From the UHGV virus genome UHGV-2031204: 64,000 bases of DNA; one strand, given 5' to 3'. Positions 1 through 10,522 of this stretch are shown here, piece by piece. Under the pieces are notes generated by a model, which ran no database searches, was not told where the DNA came from, and was given only the letters and a program-made list of their open reading frames with translations. The DNA is from a virus. The position numbers and the translations under genes are program-made. The number at the start of each line of letters is the position of its first letter. The first letter of the stretch is position 1.

Positions 1-262
1 GAATGTCTTGACCTGCAGCTTTAACGTTTTGATAGCCTTCGTAGGCTTCTGCCGCAGGTTTAGGCATCCCTTTTAAAATAACCTGATCACGTTTGTTTTC
101 GGGCCAGATAGTCGACAACGCCGACTTACGGGCAGCACGAAATGTGTCCATGACCGGGTTACGCGATTGGTCTTGTTGACGAGGGGGCTCATCAAAATCG
201 TCCCAGTCGTCCATGTTATCAAGATCGATTTCATCGAAATCATCTTTACCTTTTTTAGCCAT
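1..262 (-). CDS. hypothetical acidic protein, 3' end truncated by window start
   Basis: Minus-strand ATG at 262, open to the window edge; translation begins MAKKGKDDFDEIDLDNMDDWDDFDEPP; divergent from the gene at 292. Confidence 0.6.
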   Translation of the reverse strand, partial: MAKKGKDDFDEIDLDNMDDWDDFDEPPRQQDQSRNPVMDTFRAARKSALSTIWPENKRDQVILKGMPKPAAEAYEGYQNVKAAGQDI

Positions 263-291
263 AACGTTTAATCCGTATCAGGAGATTTAGC

Positions 292-1911
292 GTGAATAAA
301 CTTAATTGGGTTGACTTTTATCTGCTCAATGTAAACAAGTCTCTTGTGTCGCGATTACGACCCGTCACGACCACGGATACTTTCCAGGGGTTAACAAAAA
401 ACTTTCACCCCGAAGGTCTTTACTCTACAGAGATTTTTGGACTCACGGGTAGTGAAGCGCGAGACTCTACATTCTCTTATATCGATATTAAGCTCGATAT
501 CATTTCGCCGACAGTGTGTTTGGCGTTATTCCAACTCAAACAACTCTACGAAGAAATTTGTTCTGGAAAACGCTACGCAACGTGGAGCGAAAAAGAAAAA
601 GATTTCGAACCGGCCTTGCCGGGAGACCCAGGCGCAGATACCGGTTTTAACTTCTTCCTCAGTCACTATAACGATTTAAAACCTAAGCGTAACGAGTCTC
701 TACAACGTGACGAAACCGTGGATTTCTTTTTGAAATTCCGTCCCGTTAGTCTTAGTCGATACGTTCTCGTGTTACCCGCGGGTTTACGCGATTTAGTAAT
801 TCGACAAGATGGTAGAGAGCAAGAAGAAGAAATCGGCGGGATGTATCGTCGGTTGGTATCTCTCGCCAGAGCGATCCCTGACCGGGCAACCCGTGTCGAG
901 TTAACTAACCCCGTACGCTGGAAACTTCAACAAACCTTCAATGATATCTGGATGTATTTCTTTAACATCCAGGACGGTAAAGGGGGTTTCCAACGTCGTA
1001 AAGTGACGTCTCGTAAGTTAATGAACGGGACACGTAACGTACTGTCCTCGTTCTCGACGGGGTCTAAATGCATGGGTCGTGAAGACGCTATTCGTCCCAC
1101 CGACACCAAAATTGGTTTATACCAGGGTTTAAAAGCATTACTCCCCGTTGCGCAGTACCAGATACGAGAACGTTACCTCGGTAACATCCGTGCCGGTGAT
1201 GGCAACCTTTACGGCGTAAACACCAAAACCCTTAAACGTGAATTCTTGGAAGTAGGTGGTCGTGTATACGACACCTTTACCACCGACGATGGGATTGAAT
1301 CCTTAATCAACCGAATGGAAGCTCGCGAGCTTCGCCATCAACCGATTATGTTGGACGACACCCACTACGTTGCGTTGGTTTACCAAGACACCAAACATTT
1401 TAAGGTGTTCTACGATATTGAAGAACTTCCTAAAACGTTTGACCGAAAATTCGTCCACGGTATGACGCTCGTCGAATTGCTTTATTTGTCGGGCTACGAA
1501 CTTTGGAACGATTATTTCGGTTTCGTTACACGTTATCCCGTTACAGGCCGAGGCTCGACGTATTCATCGACCATAAGATTGGAGACCACCACGTCATCTT
1601 TATACTTAAAAGAACTGGAAGATGACTGGGAAACTGAAAAACCCCGAGGGGCTATCAGCTACCCTGACCGGTCGGTTCCTACCTTCGTTGAGTCTATGGC
1701 ACCACACCCTTCACGCCTAGGTGGGTTAGGGGGTGACTACGACGGCGATACCGGGTCGTTTAACGCGCCTATGTCCCAGGAAGCGCTCGAGGAAAACCGG
1801 AACTGGATACACTCGAAAAACTACTGGTTCGATTCTGATGGGAACTTTAAAATCAATCCTATCAACAACGTGATTAAACGTGCAACGCAAGCGTTATTAA
1901 AGAACCCATAA
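292..1911 (+). CDS. multisubunit RNA polymerase beta-prime-like subunit, N-terminal module (DYDGD variant of the catalytic motif)
   Basis: GTG start 7 nt after GGAG; PEGLYSTEIFG resembles beta-prime PERDGLFCARIFGP; VLVLPAGLRDLV..DG..YRRLV resembles VLPVLPPDLRPLV..DG..YRRVI; GDYDGDTGSFNAPMSQEA aligns with NADFDGDQMAVHVPLTLEA. Confidence 0.75.
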   Translation: MNKLNWVDFYLLNVNKSLVSRLRPVTTTDTFQGLTKNFHPEGLYSTEIFGLTGSEARDSTFSYIDIKLDIISPTVCLALFQLKQLYEEICSGKRYATWSEKEKDFEPALPGDPGADTGFNFFLSHYNDLKPKRNESLQRDETVDFFLKFRPVSLSRYVLVLPAGLRDLVIRQDGREQEEEIGGMYRRLVSLARAIPDRATRVELTNPVRWKLQQTFNDIWMYFFNIQDGKGGFQRRKVTSRKLMNGTRNVLSSFSTGSKCMGREDAIRPTDTKIGLYQGLKALLPVAQYQIRERYLGNIRAGDGNLYGVNTKTLKREFLEVGGRVYDTFTTDDGIESLINRMEARELRHQPIMLDDTHYVALVYQDTKHFKVFYDIEELPKTFDRKFVHGMTLVELLYLSGYELWNDYFGFVTRYPVTGRGSTYSSTIRLETTTSSLYLKELEDDWETEKPRGAISYPDRSVPTFVESMAPHPSRLGGLGGDYDGDTGSFNAPMSQEALEENRNWIHSKNYWFDSDGNFKINPINNVIKRATQALLKNP

Positions 1912-1920
1912 GGCTAAGCA

Positions 1921-4900
1921 ATGCTGCTCATTAAACAGTTTAACCAACGCTTCTCGGTGCGTAAAACCGATGAGTTTGGTAATCCGAGGATTATCCCGCT
2001 CGAGAAGCTACAGATACCGCGAGGTTCTGTACTCCATGTCATTGATCTCGACCAGGTGGTGTTAGCGCCGCCTGCAACACTCGAGATTATTCAACCGTTA
2101 GAAAAACCTGCACAGGTTCGTCACCACTTTAAATTACCGGAAGACGGTATTAGCGGACATCCGCGCAACAAACCTGTTCAGGGGCAAGAACGTGCTATCT
2201 TTGCCTACCACCGTGCAAACCGCCCGATGCGTCGTCTTACCTCAGACGAACTGGTTCGCAAAGACTTAAAAGTTCTCCTGATCGAGAACTACACGCCGAT
2301 GCTATCGCACTACTACTATCCTGATACCCAGTTAGCCTGGTACGATAGATTGCGTAACATCCAACTGCTGATGATTAACCAGTTCAAATACAACACGCAA
2401 GAATACATGCGTCAGAACTATTTCGTTATTGAACTGGGTTCGGCATTACCTTCGTTCCAGAAGTTTCAAACAACTTATAACGACCGTGTTAAGAGCAAGA
2501 TTGAGAAGTTCCAGGACTTCAACTTGCTGTGGTTATTAGAACTGTTTGCTTGGGCTTATGGAAAACAATCCGATTCCTTATTCGCGGGAATGGATTTAAC
2601 TCAGCTGTCACGAATGAACTTTATCTTCACCCACAACACGGGCTTTACGTCCATGAACATGGGTGTTGTAGAGAAAATGCGTAAGTCCTCCGGCGGTCGT
2701 TTAAGTGACGACCAAATGGCCAGGATGTTCTACCGTACGCTGGTGCGTGTAATGACACAAGCACCGTCTAACGCGTACGAAGCGGAATTCCTAACGCCTG
2801 AAGGTGACGAACGTGTTTTCCTTAAAGACGTCGAAGAAGAAACCGTTGATGTTGTCGATGATGACGACGTTGTTAATGACGCTGTGGTCGAATCCGATAA
2901 CACCTTCGATGAAAAAGAAGACGTCGTTATTGAAGAACCGAAGGAAGACGTCAAACCGACGACAATTGTTGTCGAGAAAGTCATTCCGCACGACGAGATT
3001 ATTAAACAGGAAGCACAACGCTTAGCTGAAGCGGGCCGCTTAAGTTCTAAAGCTTATCAGTTCCTGTCAGAATCGTCTAAACGTTTCGTTCAGCTGCCTA
3101 ACCCGTATAACCCGAAAGAAACCTACGGGGAAGCGCTTACTGTTCACGAGAAAGACGTCGTCGTTAAAGCCGAGCCGAAAAAGGTTCAGCGACTTGTTAC
3201 CGACGAAGGGTGGGCCGAGAACGTCACCGACCAGATGGTGAAACAATACAACCAGACCATGATGACCAAAGACGTGCTGGCGGCGGTCGCCAGTTCACAA
3301 CGTTTGGGTCTGGCGATTCACAATCACACGGTGGAAAAAGAAGTTTCTGTTACAGGGACTATCGAGCACCACACTTTACGTGTTCAACCAGTCGGTGGTG
3401 AGCCGACAACCGTTCGCTTCTCTATCCCAGGCTTGACCGAGGACGGTACTTGGGTAGCTAATGGTGTCGAATACACCATGCGCCGACAACGTGTGGACTT
3501 ACCGATTCGTAAGGTTGCACCGGATACTGTCGCACTGACTACCGCATACGGTAAAAACTTTGTCCGTCGTAGTGATAAGGTCGCAAACGACTACGGTCGT
3601 TGGTTAACCAACGCGATTATCACACGCGCTGTTGACCCGACAAACACCGAAGTCACCGATGCACGTTTAGCAAATGTGTTCGATCCTACGCAACATCTGC
3701 CTCGTCAGTATACGGAGATTGCACGTCGTATTGCCAGCTTTAATGCGAATGGCTATATGTGGAACTTCGACTACAAAGAAGCCGTTAACTTCTTTAATGA
3801 CGAGCAACTCAGAGACGCCGATGCTGCCAAACTTTTGCCAGTGGCGAAACGTCCGCGTAGTGAAACAATCCTGGCAATGGATGACAAATCCATGCTTTAC
3901 GGTGTGAACGGAAACAAAGTTGAGCCGGTGGGAACTATCGCAGAGGTACTGGGCTTTAATAACCAGAAAGTGCCTCGCGAAATGACCGAGCTGTCTTTGA
4001 TGGGTAAATCTTTGTCGCTTGGTTTTATCTTCTCGTTCTACCTTGGACTCCAGGGAATGTTGAAACATTTCGGTATCCAGTACGAGTTGGTTCCCGCAGG
4101 GCAGCGTGTTGATAAGAATGCCTACGACAGTATTATTCGGCTACAAGACTGTAAACTTTTAGTTACATGCGATAACGATCAGCAGAAGATGATTCTGCAT
4201 GGTTTGGATCGCTATCTCAAACACCTGGTTGCTTATACCGAATCAGAAGCAGACCGCGAAGACATTTACCTGAACTTATTACGTGATGCAGATGGCCTAA
4301 CACCACGGTACATCAACGAGCTGAAACAGATGCGGTCCGCGTTTGTTGACGACATGCACGCACGTATCCTCAGGAAAATGGGTGAACCGGAAACCTTTAT
4401 TGGCTTGTTGGAACGTTCTAACGAACTGTTACAAACTGACCACTCTTTACCAGAGATTAACGGCGATGAAATGATGTTCTTAGGCAATCAGAGGATTGCC
4501 TACCACATCTATACTGCGATGGTCAGAGCGATGCGTAACTACAATAACGCACCGGGCAGTAACCGTAAGTTCGAACTGACGCAAGACATGGTTTGGGGTG
4601 CAATTAACTCCGACCCGTCGGTACTTTTGGCACCAGGCGCTAACCCTATCCAGTCAATTAAAGAAAAAGACGTTATTACGATGGGGGGTACAGGTGGCCG
4701 TAATCGTAAAACGATGGTCTACCACACGCGTGAATTCCAACCCAGTGATATCGGGATAGTCTCGGGTAACACCGTAGATAACGGTGACGTAGGTATTACA
4801 GCTTTCGTCACCAATAACCCACGTTTTGACACCGTTGACGGTACTACATTTAAACGTGAAGAGAAACCCCCGAAACCAAGCGATACCCTTTCGTTTATTG

Positions 4901-6087
4901 ACGGGTTAGTACCAGATACGTTAATGGACGACGCAAAGCGTCAAAACTTCGTTGGGATTCAGTTAGGTTCTGCCACCAGTTGTAATGGGGCAACCACAAC
5001 CCCGTATCGTACTGAACAGGAGAAATTCGTCGCACACCGTACGTCGGTGAAACATGCACGCGTTATTGATAAAGCAGGTAAGATTACTGGTCTGTCGAAA
5101 GACCACATTGAAATTACGTACGAAGATGGAAGTAAAGAAGCCTTTCCTCTAGGGCGCTGGTTCGGCCCCCACGAAGGTACCTTCTATCCGCACACCTTGG
5201 TAACACGCTGGAAAGCCGGTGACAAGCTCCCGGCCGGAGCAGTGATTACGTACAACGAGCAACACTTTGAACCTGATATTTACGATCCTACTCAGGTTTC
5301 CTGGAAAAACGGGGTGCTGGCTACCGTTGCTTTATTAGAAGCTGAAGAAGTTATCGAAGACTCCAATGCAATTTCTGAACGGTTCGCGAAGAAAATGGTA
5401 GGGCAGGTAACAAAGCTGAAAGAAGTAACGATTAACAGCAACCAAATGCTTTTGGAAATCGTGAATGAGGGCGACCACGTAGACGTCGATACAATCCTAT
5501 GCACGTTTACTGACGACTTGACAGGCGATATGAGTGCCTTTAGTCAGGAAGCAGCCGCAACGTTGCAAAGTTTAAGTTCGTACGCACCTCGTGCAGGGGT
5601 ACGTGGTATCGTGGATAAAATCGAAGTGGTGTATCACGGTGAAACCGAAGACATGACACCAAGCCTTGCTGAACTGGTGCGTAAATACGACAGAATTCGT
5701 CGTAAAGCCGCACTAGCAGTCGGACGAGGTGATCCGGTTTCAGGCAGTGTAAACGGCGACTACCGTGTCGAAGGTGTACCATTAGCCTTTAACTCACTTT
5801 GTGTTCGATTCTTTATTACACACGACGTTGAGATGGCCGCTGCGGATAAGATGGTTATTGCTAACCAGCTAAAAACCACCGTACAAGAAGTCATGTACGG
5901 CGACAACAAAACAGAGGATGGTGATGACCTGGACGTGTTGTTCGGTCGTGATTCTGTCGATGCGCGTATCGTAGGTTCAATCCAACGTATCGGTACCGCG
6001 AATGCTGTAGGTGAACAAGCCGGGATTCTCATCGGGCGTATACTCGATGGGGAAGCTGTGCCTGATTTACCCGCGACACTTAAATAA
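1921..6087 (+). CDS. RNA polymerase beta-like subunit (N-region homolog), 1388 aa with an acidic insertion
   Basis: [40 protein letters not shown] resembles beta [47 protein letters not shown] resembles HDDANRAL; poly-acidic stretch near 2820..2990; immediately follows the beta-prime-like gene. Confidence 0.5.
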   Translation: [1388 protein letters not shown]

Positions 6088-6093
6088 TCTCGA

Positions 6094-6113
6094 GGGGTGG
6101 GTCGCTCCCACCC
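6094..6113 (+). terminator. GC-rich hairpin after the RNAP gene (possible terminator or RNA structure; no U-tract)
   Basis: GGGGTGGGTCGCTCCCACCC perfect stem, not followed by T-run. Confidence 0.3.
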
Positions 6114-6134
6114 TGATAAACTCCGGAGAAGAGA

Positions 6135-6428
6135 ATGTCTATTCTAGATAAAATCAAACAGCGGCACGGTATTCCGACTGGGAAAAATATTACCCAGCAA
6201 AACGTGGAGGGATACAGTCCCATTCAACGTACCAACTACGTGTCTTTAGGTAATACCGTTGAATTAGCAACGGAGATTGTACATGGACTGATTCGCGGTA
6301 ACTCAGGAATGTCTGACCGTATCGGTGATCAGAAACTGCTGAAACGTGATATCGCAGATCTGGTGGGCGCGCGTTTGTACGCGATGCTTCGGGCGAACAT
6401 CAGCACGAATAAAGAGGTTAAACAATGA
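6135..6428 (+). CDS. hypothetical protein
   Basis: 97-aa ORF with GGAG-type RBS; stop overlaps next start (ATGA). Confidence 0.6.
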   Translation: MSILDKIKQRHGIPTGKNITQQNVEGYSPIQRTNYVSLGNTVELATEIVHGLIRGNSGMSDRIGDQKLLKRDIADLVGARLYAMLRANISTNKEVKQ

Positions 6429-7885
6429 TCAGTTTATACTCGCTGAATGCGGTTACTAACGCCATGAAACTGTGCAAGCAGCATAATGTTCAGCTTGGCA
6501 CAGACGTTGACTCTCCGGTTGATTTACTCAACCGTGCGGTCGACCCTACGCGCGTTTTCGATACCACAATCACCGACGAACAGTTCTTCCAGGAACTGCC
6601 TGCGATTACGCAGCTTAAACGTCCTGTAGACGGTACGGCGGAAGCTTCGATTATTCGTGACGGCGCTGTTGAAGTTGAAGCACTGCGTGTTGACGATCAC
6701 GAAACCACGCTATTCGAACTGAAGAACATGGCCATTCAGCGTTGTAACGGGATGCTGGACTTTGCCCGTAACGTTGTTCAACCATTTGTGCAGCTGGTTA
6801 TCCAAAATAACACGATTGAAGATGTCAAACCGTTGGTCGAAGACTGGAACCTGATTCCGGTAGGTATCGATCCGTGTGTGGATTCCCCAGTTGTCCAGGC
6901 GCTGATTCAAGAAATCGCCAACCCGATGGGTAACGGTACGACTTACGACCCAATCAAGTTCGATGTACCGACCGACATCGAGATTCCGGAAACAGGTGTA
7001 AAAGCGTACGATGAGATGGTGCGTAAATTACTGAACGACCTGAACCTCAGCATGTACGATGCAGCAAAACTGCTGCTGGCAGGTAACTACACCGTACCTG
7101 TTGCAGATAAAGCACCGGAGATGGTAAAAGAACGTGTTCTGGTGCTGCTGTTGTCTTCGTTCTTCATTGAACGTCCGTGGCCTGACTCAGGTGTTGACGC
7201 CCTGAAATGGAAAGCGGAAATGGGTCGTGCCTATTACACGTCTATCGGTTGGGTATACGGCTTTGAAAAAGCGGTGGCTAACCGTGTCGCCACAGGTAAC
7301 ATCGTTTACTCTTACGATACCAACGAGAAAAACGTCTATATCTGTCAGGAAACGATGGATGACTACCTGGAAAAAGGTGGTATCGTTGAAGCCCTGTTGG
7401 GTGCCATTTACCTGATGGACGAAGGCGACTATAACGTTTCCGCACGCGTGGCGTCTCTGCTGGAAAACCAGAAAGCCTACGTTGAAGCTTACAATCGTCG
7501 TGCGATTATCGTTCAGAAACGAAATGAACTCGATTGGGTAAGTCGTAACCGTCAGGCGTTGAAAACAGCGTTCTCGATTGCAATCGACCAACTCGACCAG
7601 GGCTACCTGACTGTTGGCGAACTGACGCGTACTCGCGAAGAAGTCAAGCAGGTTGTTATGGGTATTTGTGATGATTTCTTTGTCAACGCAGACGAAGACA
7701 TTACGTTGTTTATCATCCGGACTGCATGTAACTCCGTATTCTGCGCCTACGAAATTGATCCGCTGATGCGTACGATTCATACAGCAATGATTGAGAACAC
7801 CGACCCGGCAGAAGCCGCAACCAGTTGGATGATTGACTATGTACTGAACTGGATCGCAGGTTCAGTATTTGTCGATAAACTTTAA
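6425..7885 (+). CDS. hypothetical protein
   Basis: 486-aa ORF translationally coupled to the upstream gene. Confidence 0.7.
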   Translation: MISLYSLNAVTNAMKLCKQHNVQLGTDVDSPVDLLNRAVDPTRVFDTTITDEQFFQELPAITQLKRPVDGTAEASIIRDGAVEVEALRVDDHETTLFELKNMAIQRCNGMLDFARNVVQPFVQLVIQNNTIEDVKPLVEDWNLIPVGIDPCVDSPVVQALIQEIANPMGNGTTYDPIKFDVPTDIEIPETGVKAYDEMVRKLLNDLNLSMYDAAKLLLAGNYTVPVADKAPEMVKERVLVLLLSSFFIERPWPDSGVDALKWKAEMGRAYYTSIGWVYGFEKAVANRVATGNIVYSYDTNEKNVYICQETMDDYLEKGGIVEALLGAIYLMDEGDYNVSARVASLLENQKAYVEAYNRRAIIVQKRNELDWVSRNRQALKTAFSIAIDQLDQGYLTVGELTRTREEVKQVVMGICDDFFVNADEDITLFIIRTACNSVFCAYEIDPLMRTIHTAMIENTDPAEAATSWMIDYVLNWIAGSVFVDKL

Positions 7886-7903
7886 CGCGCTTAGGAGGTG
7901 ATC

Positions 7904-8632
7904 GTGAGTGCGATTGAAACAGCCCGTCGTGACCCTACTAAGGTTCATGCGGACTTGGTAAATAACGGCACGGTCACCACTACCAAAGGGGGATGTTACA
8001 TTTACATCCCCGTTGGGTTTGTGGCGAAAGAGTTGGCGGTTATTTCTTCTACGGTAACAATTGTAGGTATCTTTGCGATTTCTACCGACCGTAAAACATA
8101 TGGGGTGTCCAGCGTTACAACGCTTATGGAAATTACCCCAACGGCGTTTGAAGAGATCGACGTCTTTGGTGTTCCTTACTACGAATTTCGTTTTGATCCC
8201 GGTACAGTGGTTTTCCCCAACCGCAATTTACAGGTGTTGTCTCACCCTATTTACAACATTGCGTCGTATATTTACGACTTTGGTAATCGTCCTTTCTGGT
8301 TTACTGCGGCGGATGATGCTGAACTCTTGGCACCTGATAAAGTCAAGAAATGGAACGGTTTTACTGTATTTGCCGATCAGATTACCGCTGACGTTTACGC
8401 AGCACACACGCAGCGTAAAGTAGGTGATCCGAGAACGTTCTTCCGTTATACGCTGAAGAAAGATAGCGATCTTAACAACCCTGTGCAGTTTATTCCGTTG
8501 CGCAGTGGTTCACTTAACAAAACGTCGAGACTGGCGAAACTTGCGGACGTAGAACTTAAACGTGGTATTCGTTCTGCGTTACAGGTTGACCCGGTGCGTG
8601 CCGAACCGCTCGAAGATTTGTTTATGAGGTAA
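7904..8632 (+). CDS. hypothetical protein
   Basis: ORF with AGGAGG RBS at 7893-7898; start taken as GTG 7904 (ORF track begins at 7898). Confidence 0.65.
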   Translation: MSAIETARRDPTKVHADLVNNGTVTTTKGGCYIYIPVGFVAKELAVISSTVTIVGIFAISTDRKTYGVSSVTTLMEITPTAFEEIDVFGVPYYEFRFDPGTVVFPNRNLQVLSHPIYNIASYIYDFGNRPFWFTAADDAELLAPDKVKKWNGFTVFADQITADVYAAHTQRKVGDPRTFFRYTLKKDSDLNNPVQFIPLRSGSLNKTSRLAKLADVELKRGIRSALQVDPVRAEPLEDLFMR

Positions 8633-8663
8633 TCCTACCTTTTACTTTTACTCGGGGAAAACA

Positions 8664-9467
8664 ATGGATAATTTAACACTGCGTTACAACTGTGTAGCGT
8701 TAGCCGGTGTTAACGCTCCAGCCACACTGGAGAAAGACGCGGATGGTTATTACCGCGTACTATTGGGCGCTTTGAATATCTTTAACTCGGAAGGGATTTT
8801 TTACGCCTATAACGAGTCCAAACACGTATTCGAACGCTCGAACATTTTTATGCGTAAAGTGAAAGCAGGGAATCTGTTCGGGGAAGAAGATCACCCAGCA
8901 CCAGAACCCGGTATGACCGAAGCGCAATGGATTGATCGCAACGAATGGATTGAGACGAAAAACGTCTGTATGCACATTCGCGAAGTTGAAGTGATTCCAA
9001 CCGACCAAACCTGTAACGGCTTGCCGGTCATGGAAATCTGGGGCTGGGTTAAGCCGAACCGTGAACGTGGTCCGTACTTAGCAGAAGCGCTCGAAAACCC
9101 ACACCAGAATGTGTGTTTCTCTCTGCGCGCAATCGTACGTGAAGGCTATGTGGGCGGTGTGAAAACACGTCGCTTAGATCGCCTGGTGACGTTCGACTGG
9201 GTTATCGAAGACGGGTTGCAGATTTGTAACAAATACTCTGCAATTCAACGCGGTAGTAAAGTGGCGCAAGAATCCACTCGTGTACTGCTGGACCGTCGTG
9301 TTTCTCTCCAGGCGCTGGAGGACATTCTGCGAAATCCTAACACTACGTCTGCCATCGCGACAGAATCTCGTCGTGGTGAAGTTCGTGCGTTAGCGCAGGA
9401 GTACCTGGCCATCGCTAATAAGAAAACTAACCTACGTGTTATGGGTTTAGGTAACGGGAAGTGGTAA
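8664..9467 (+). CDS. hypothetical protein
   Basis: 267-aa ORF; stop adjacent to next start. Confidence 0.7.
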   Translation: MDNLTLRYNCVALAGVNAPATLEKDADGYYRVLLGALNIFNSEGIFYAYNESKHVFERSNIFMRKVKAGNLFGEEDHPAPEPGMTEAQWIDRNEWIETKNVCMHIREVEVIPTDQTCNGLPVMEIWGWVKPNRERGPYLAEALENPHQNVCFSLRAIVREGYVGGVKTRRLDRLVTFDWVIEDGLQICNKYSAIQRGSKVAQESTRVLLDRRVSLQALEDILRNPNTTSAIATESRRGEVRALAQEYLAIANKKTNLRVMGLGNGKW

Positions 9468-10106
9468 ATGGCTGATACTGTTGAACCTTCGTTGGTGAAG
9501 TGGTTAGAGCAACAACTGCCACGCACCGCAAAGAAAGTTTCTTTGAAAAAGTTAGATAGCGCCCCGTTACATATCAGCGATCGAAAGATTTCGGTTTTCA
9601 CGCCTCGGATTCCTTATAGCGTTTACAGAGACGAAGACAAAACGGTACCCCGTATTTGTTGTTCTGTCGATTTAGAACGTTGCCTGCGTGGTGTCCGTCG
9701 TTACTTTACACCTGCGGAAACCGCAAACGTTGTGCCACGTTTTTATCTGTATGGGTTCGACGAACGTGATGTCGTGCAACCCTCGATAGAACTGTCTGCT
9801 GAACCCTACCGCGCTAATGAAGTGTGGATTGTTCCTCACCGCTTATCAAACTGGGAAATTAAACCTAGTATGATTGGTGAACTGCGTTTAGTTCGACTGG
9901 CAAATAACGGATACACTCACACGTTAGCAGTAGCGCTTAACCAAGACGTTCGTTTGAATGCTAACCAGTTATTAAAGAGTGGTTCATTCTACGAACTTAC
10001 TGTAACGTGTAGTGAACGGGAACCTCAGATTACGATTTCTGATGCAAAGGAAATCTCTCGGGGTATTTTTGACGCTGCGTTAAACGAATACACTGTAACT
10101 CCATAA
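9468..10106 (+). CDS. hypothetical protein
   Basis: 212-aa ORF directly abutting the upstream gene. Confidence 0.7.
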   Translation: MADTVEPSLVKWLEQQLPRTAKKVSLKKLDSAPLHISDRKISVFTPRIPYSVYRDEDKTVPRICCSVDLERCLRGVRRYFTPAETANVVPRFYLYGFDERDVVQPSIELSAEPYRANEVWIVPHRLSNWEIKPSMIGELRLVRLANNGYTHTLAVALNQDVRLNANQLLKSGSFYELTVTCSEREPQITISDAKEISRGIFDAALNEYTVTP

Positions 10107-10155
10107 TCGCCCAGTTCATGGTCTGCAACCCGAATTTGTCGATTGTGAGGGAAGC

Positions 10156-10455
10156 ATGAAAGTGGTTAACATTGCCATACCTCCGACTTTGCAAACTTTA
10201 ACGCCTGAGGAATTGAAAGCACTAACAATCTATGCCGTTCAAGAACGTGCTGGAAAGGAAGTGCTTTCTTCGATACTCGCTGAACGTTTTGACACCAAAC
10301 GTAAAGTCAACAACATTGTCGCAGGTATTTCACAACAAGATATCGCGAAATTTTATTGCGATGTACGTCAAGCAGGTACCGAAATCGATTTTACACGTAC
10401 TTACCTCTTGTTAACTGAACCGTTTCGGTTCATTCTTTCGATTAAGCAGTCCTAA
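10156..10455 (+). CDS. hypothetical protein
   Basis: 99-aa ORF, GAGGGAAG upstream of ATG, T-rich tract downstream. Confidence 0.6.
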   Translation: MKVVNIAIPPTLQTLTPEELKALTIYAVQERAGKEVLSSILAERFDTKRKVNNIVAGISQQDIAKFYCDVRQAGTEIDFTRTYLLLTEPFRFILSIKQS

Positions 10456-10522
10456 TTTTTTATTTTTACGATTTCTACCGTTATTGTGTCGGAGGAACCT
10501 CTACAAAAAAGGATAATCAAAA

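Noticed and set aside
2730-3025. Three overlapping small ORFs on both strands within the acidic region of the beta-like gene
   Set aside because: Low-complexity artefacts of the GAT/GAA/GTT-rich acidic insertion; embedded in a 1388-aa ORF.
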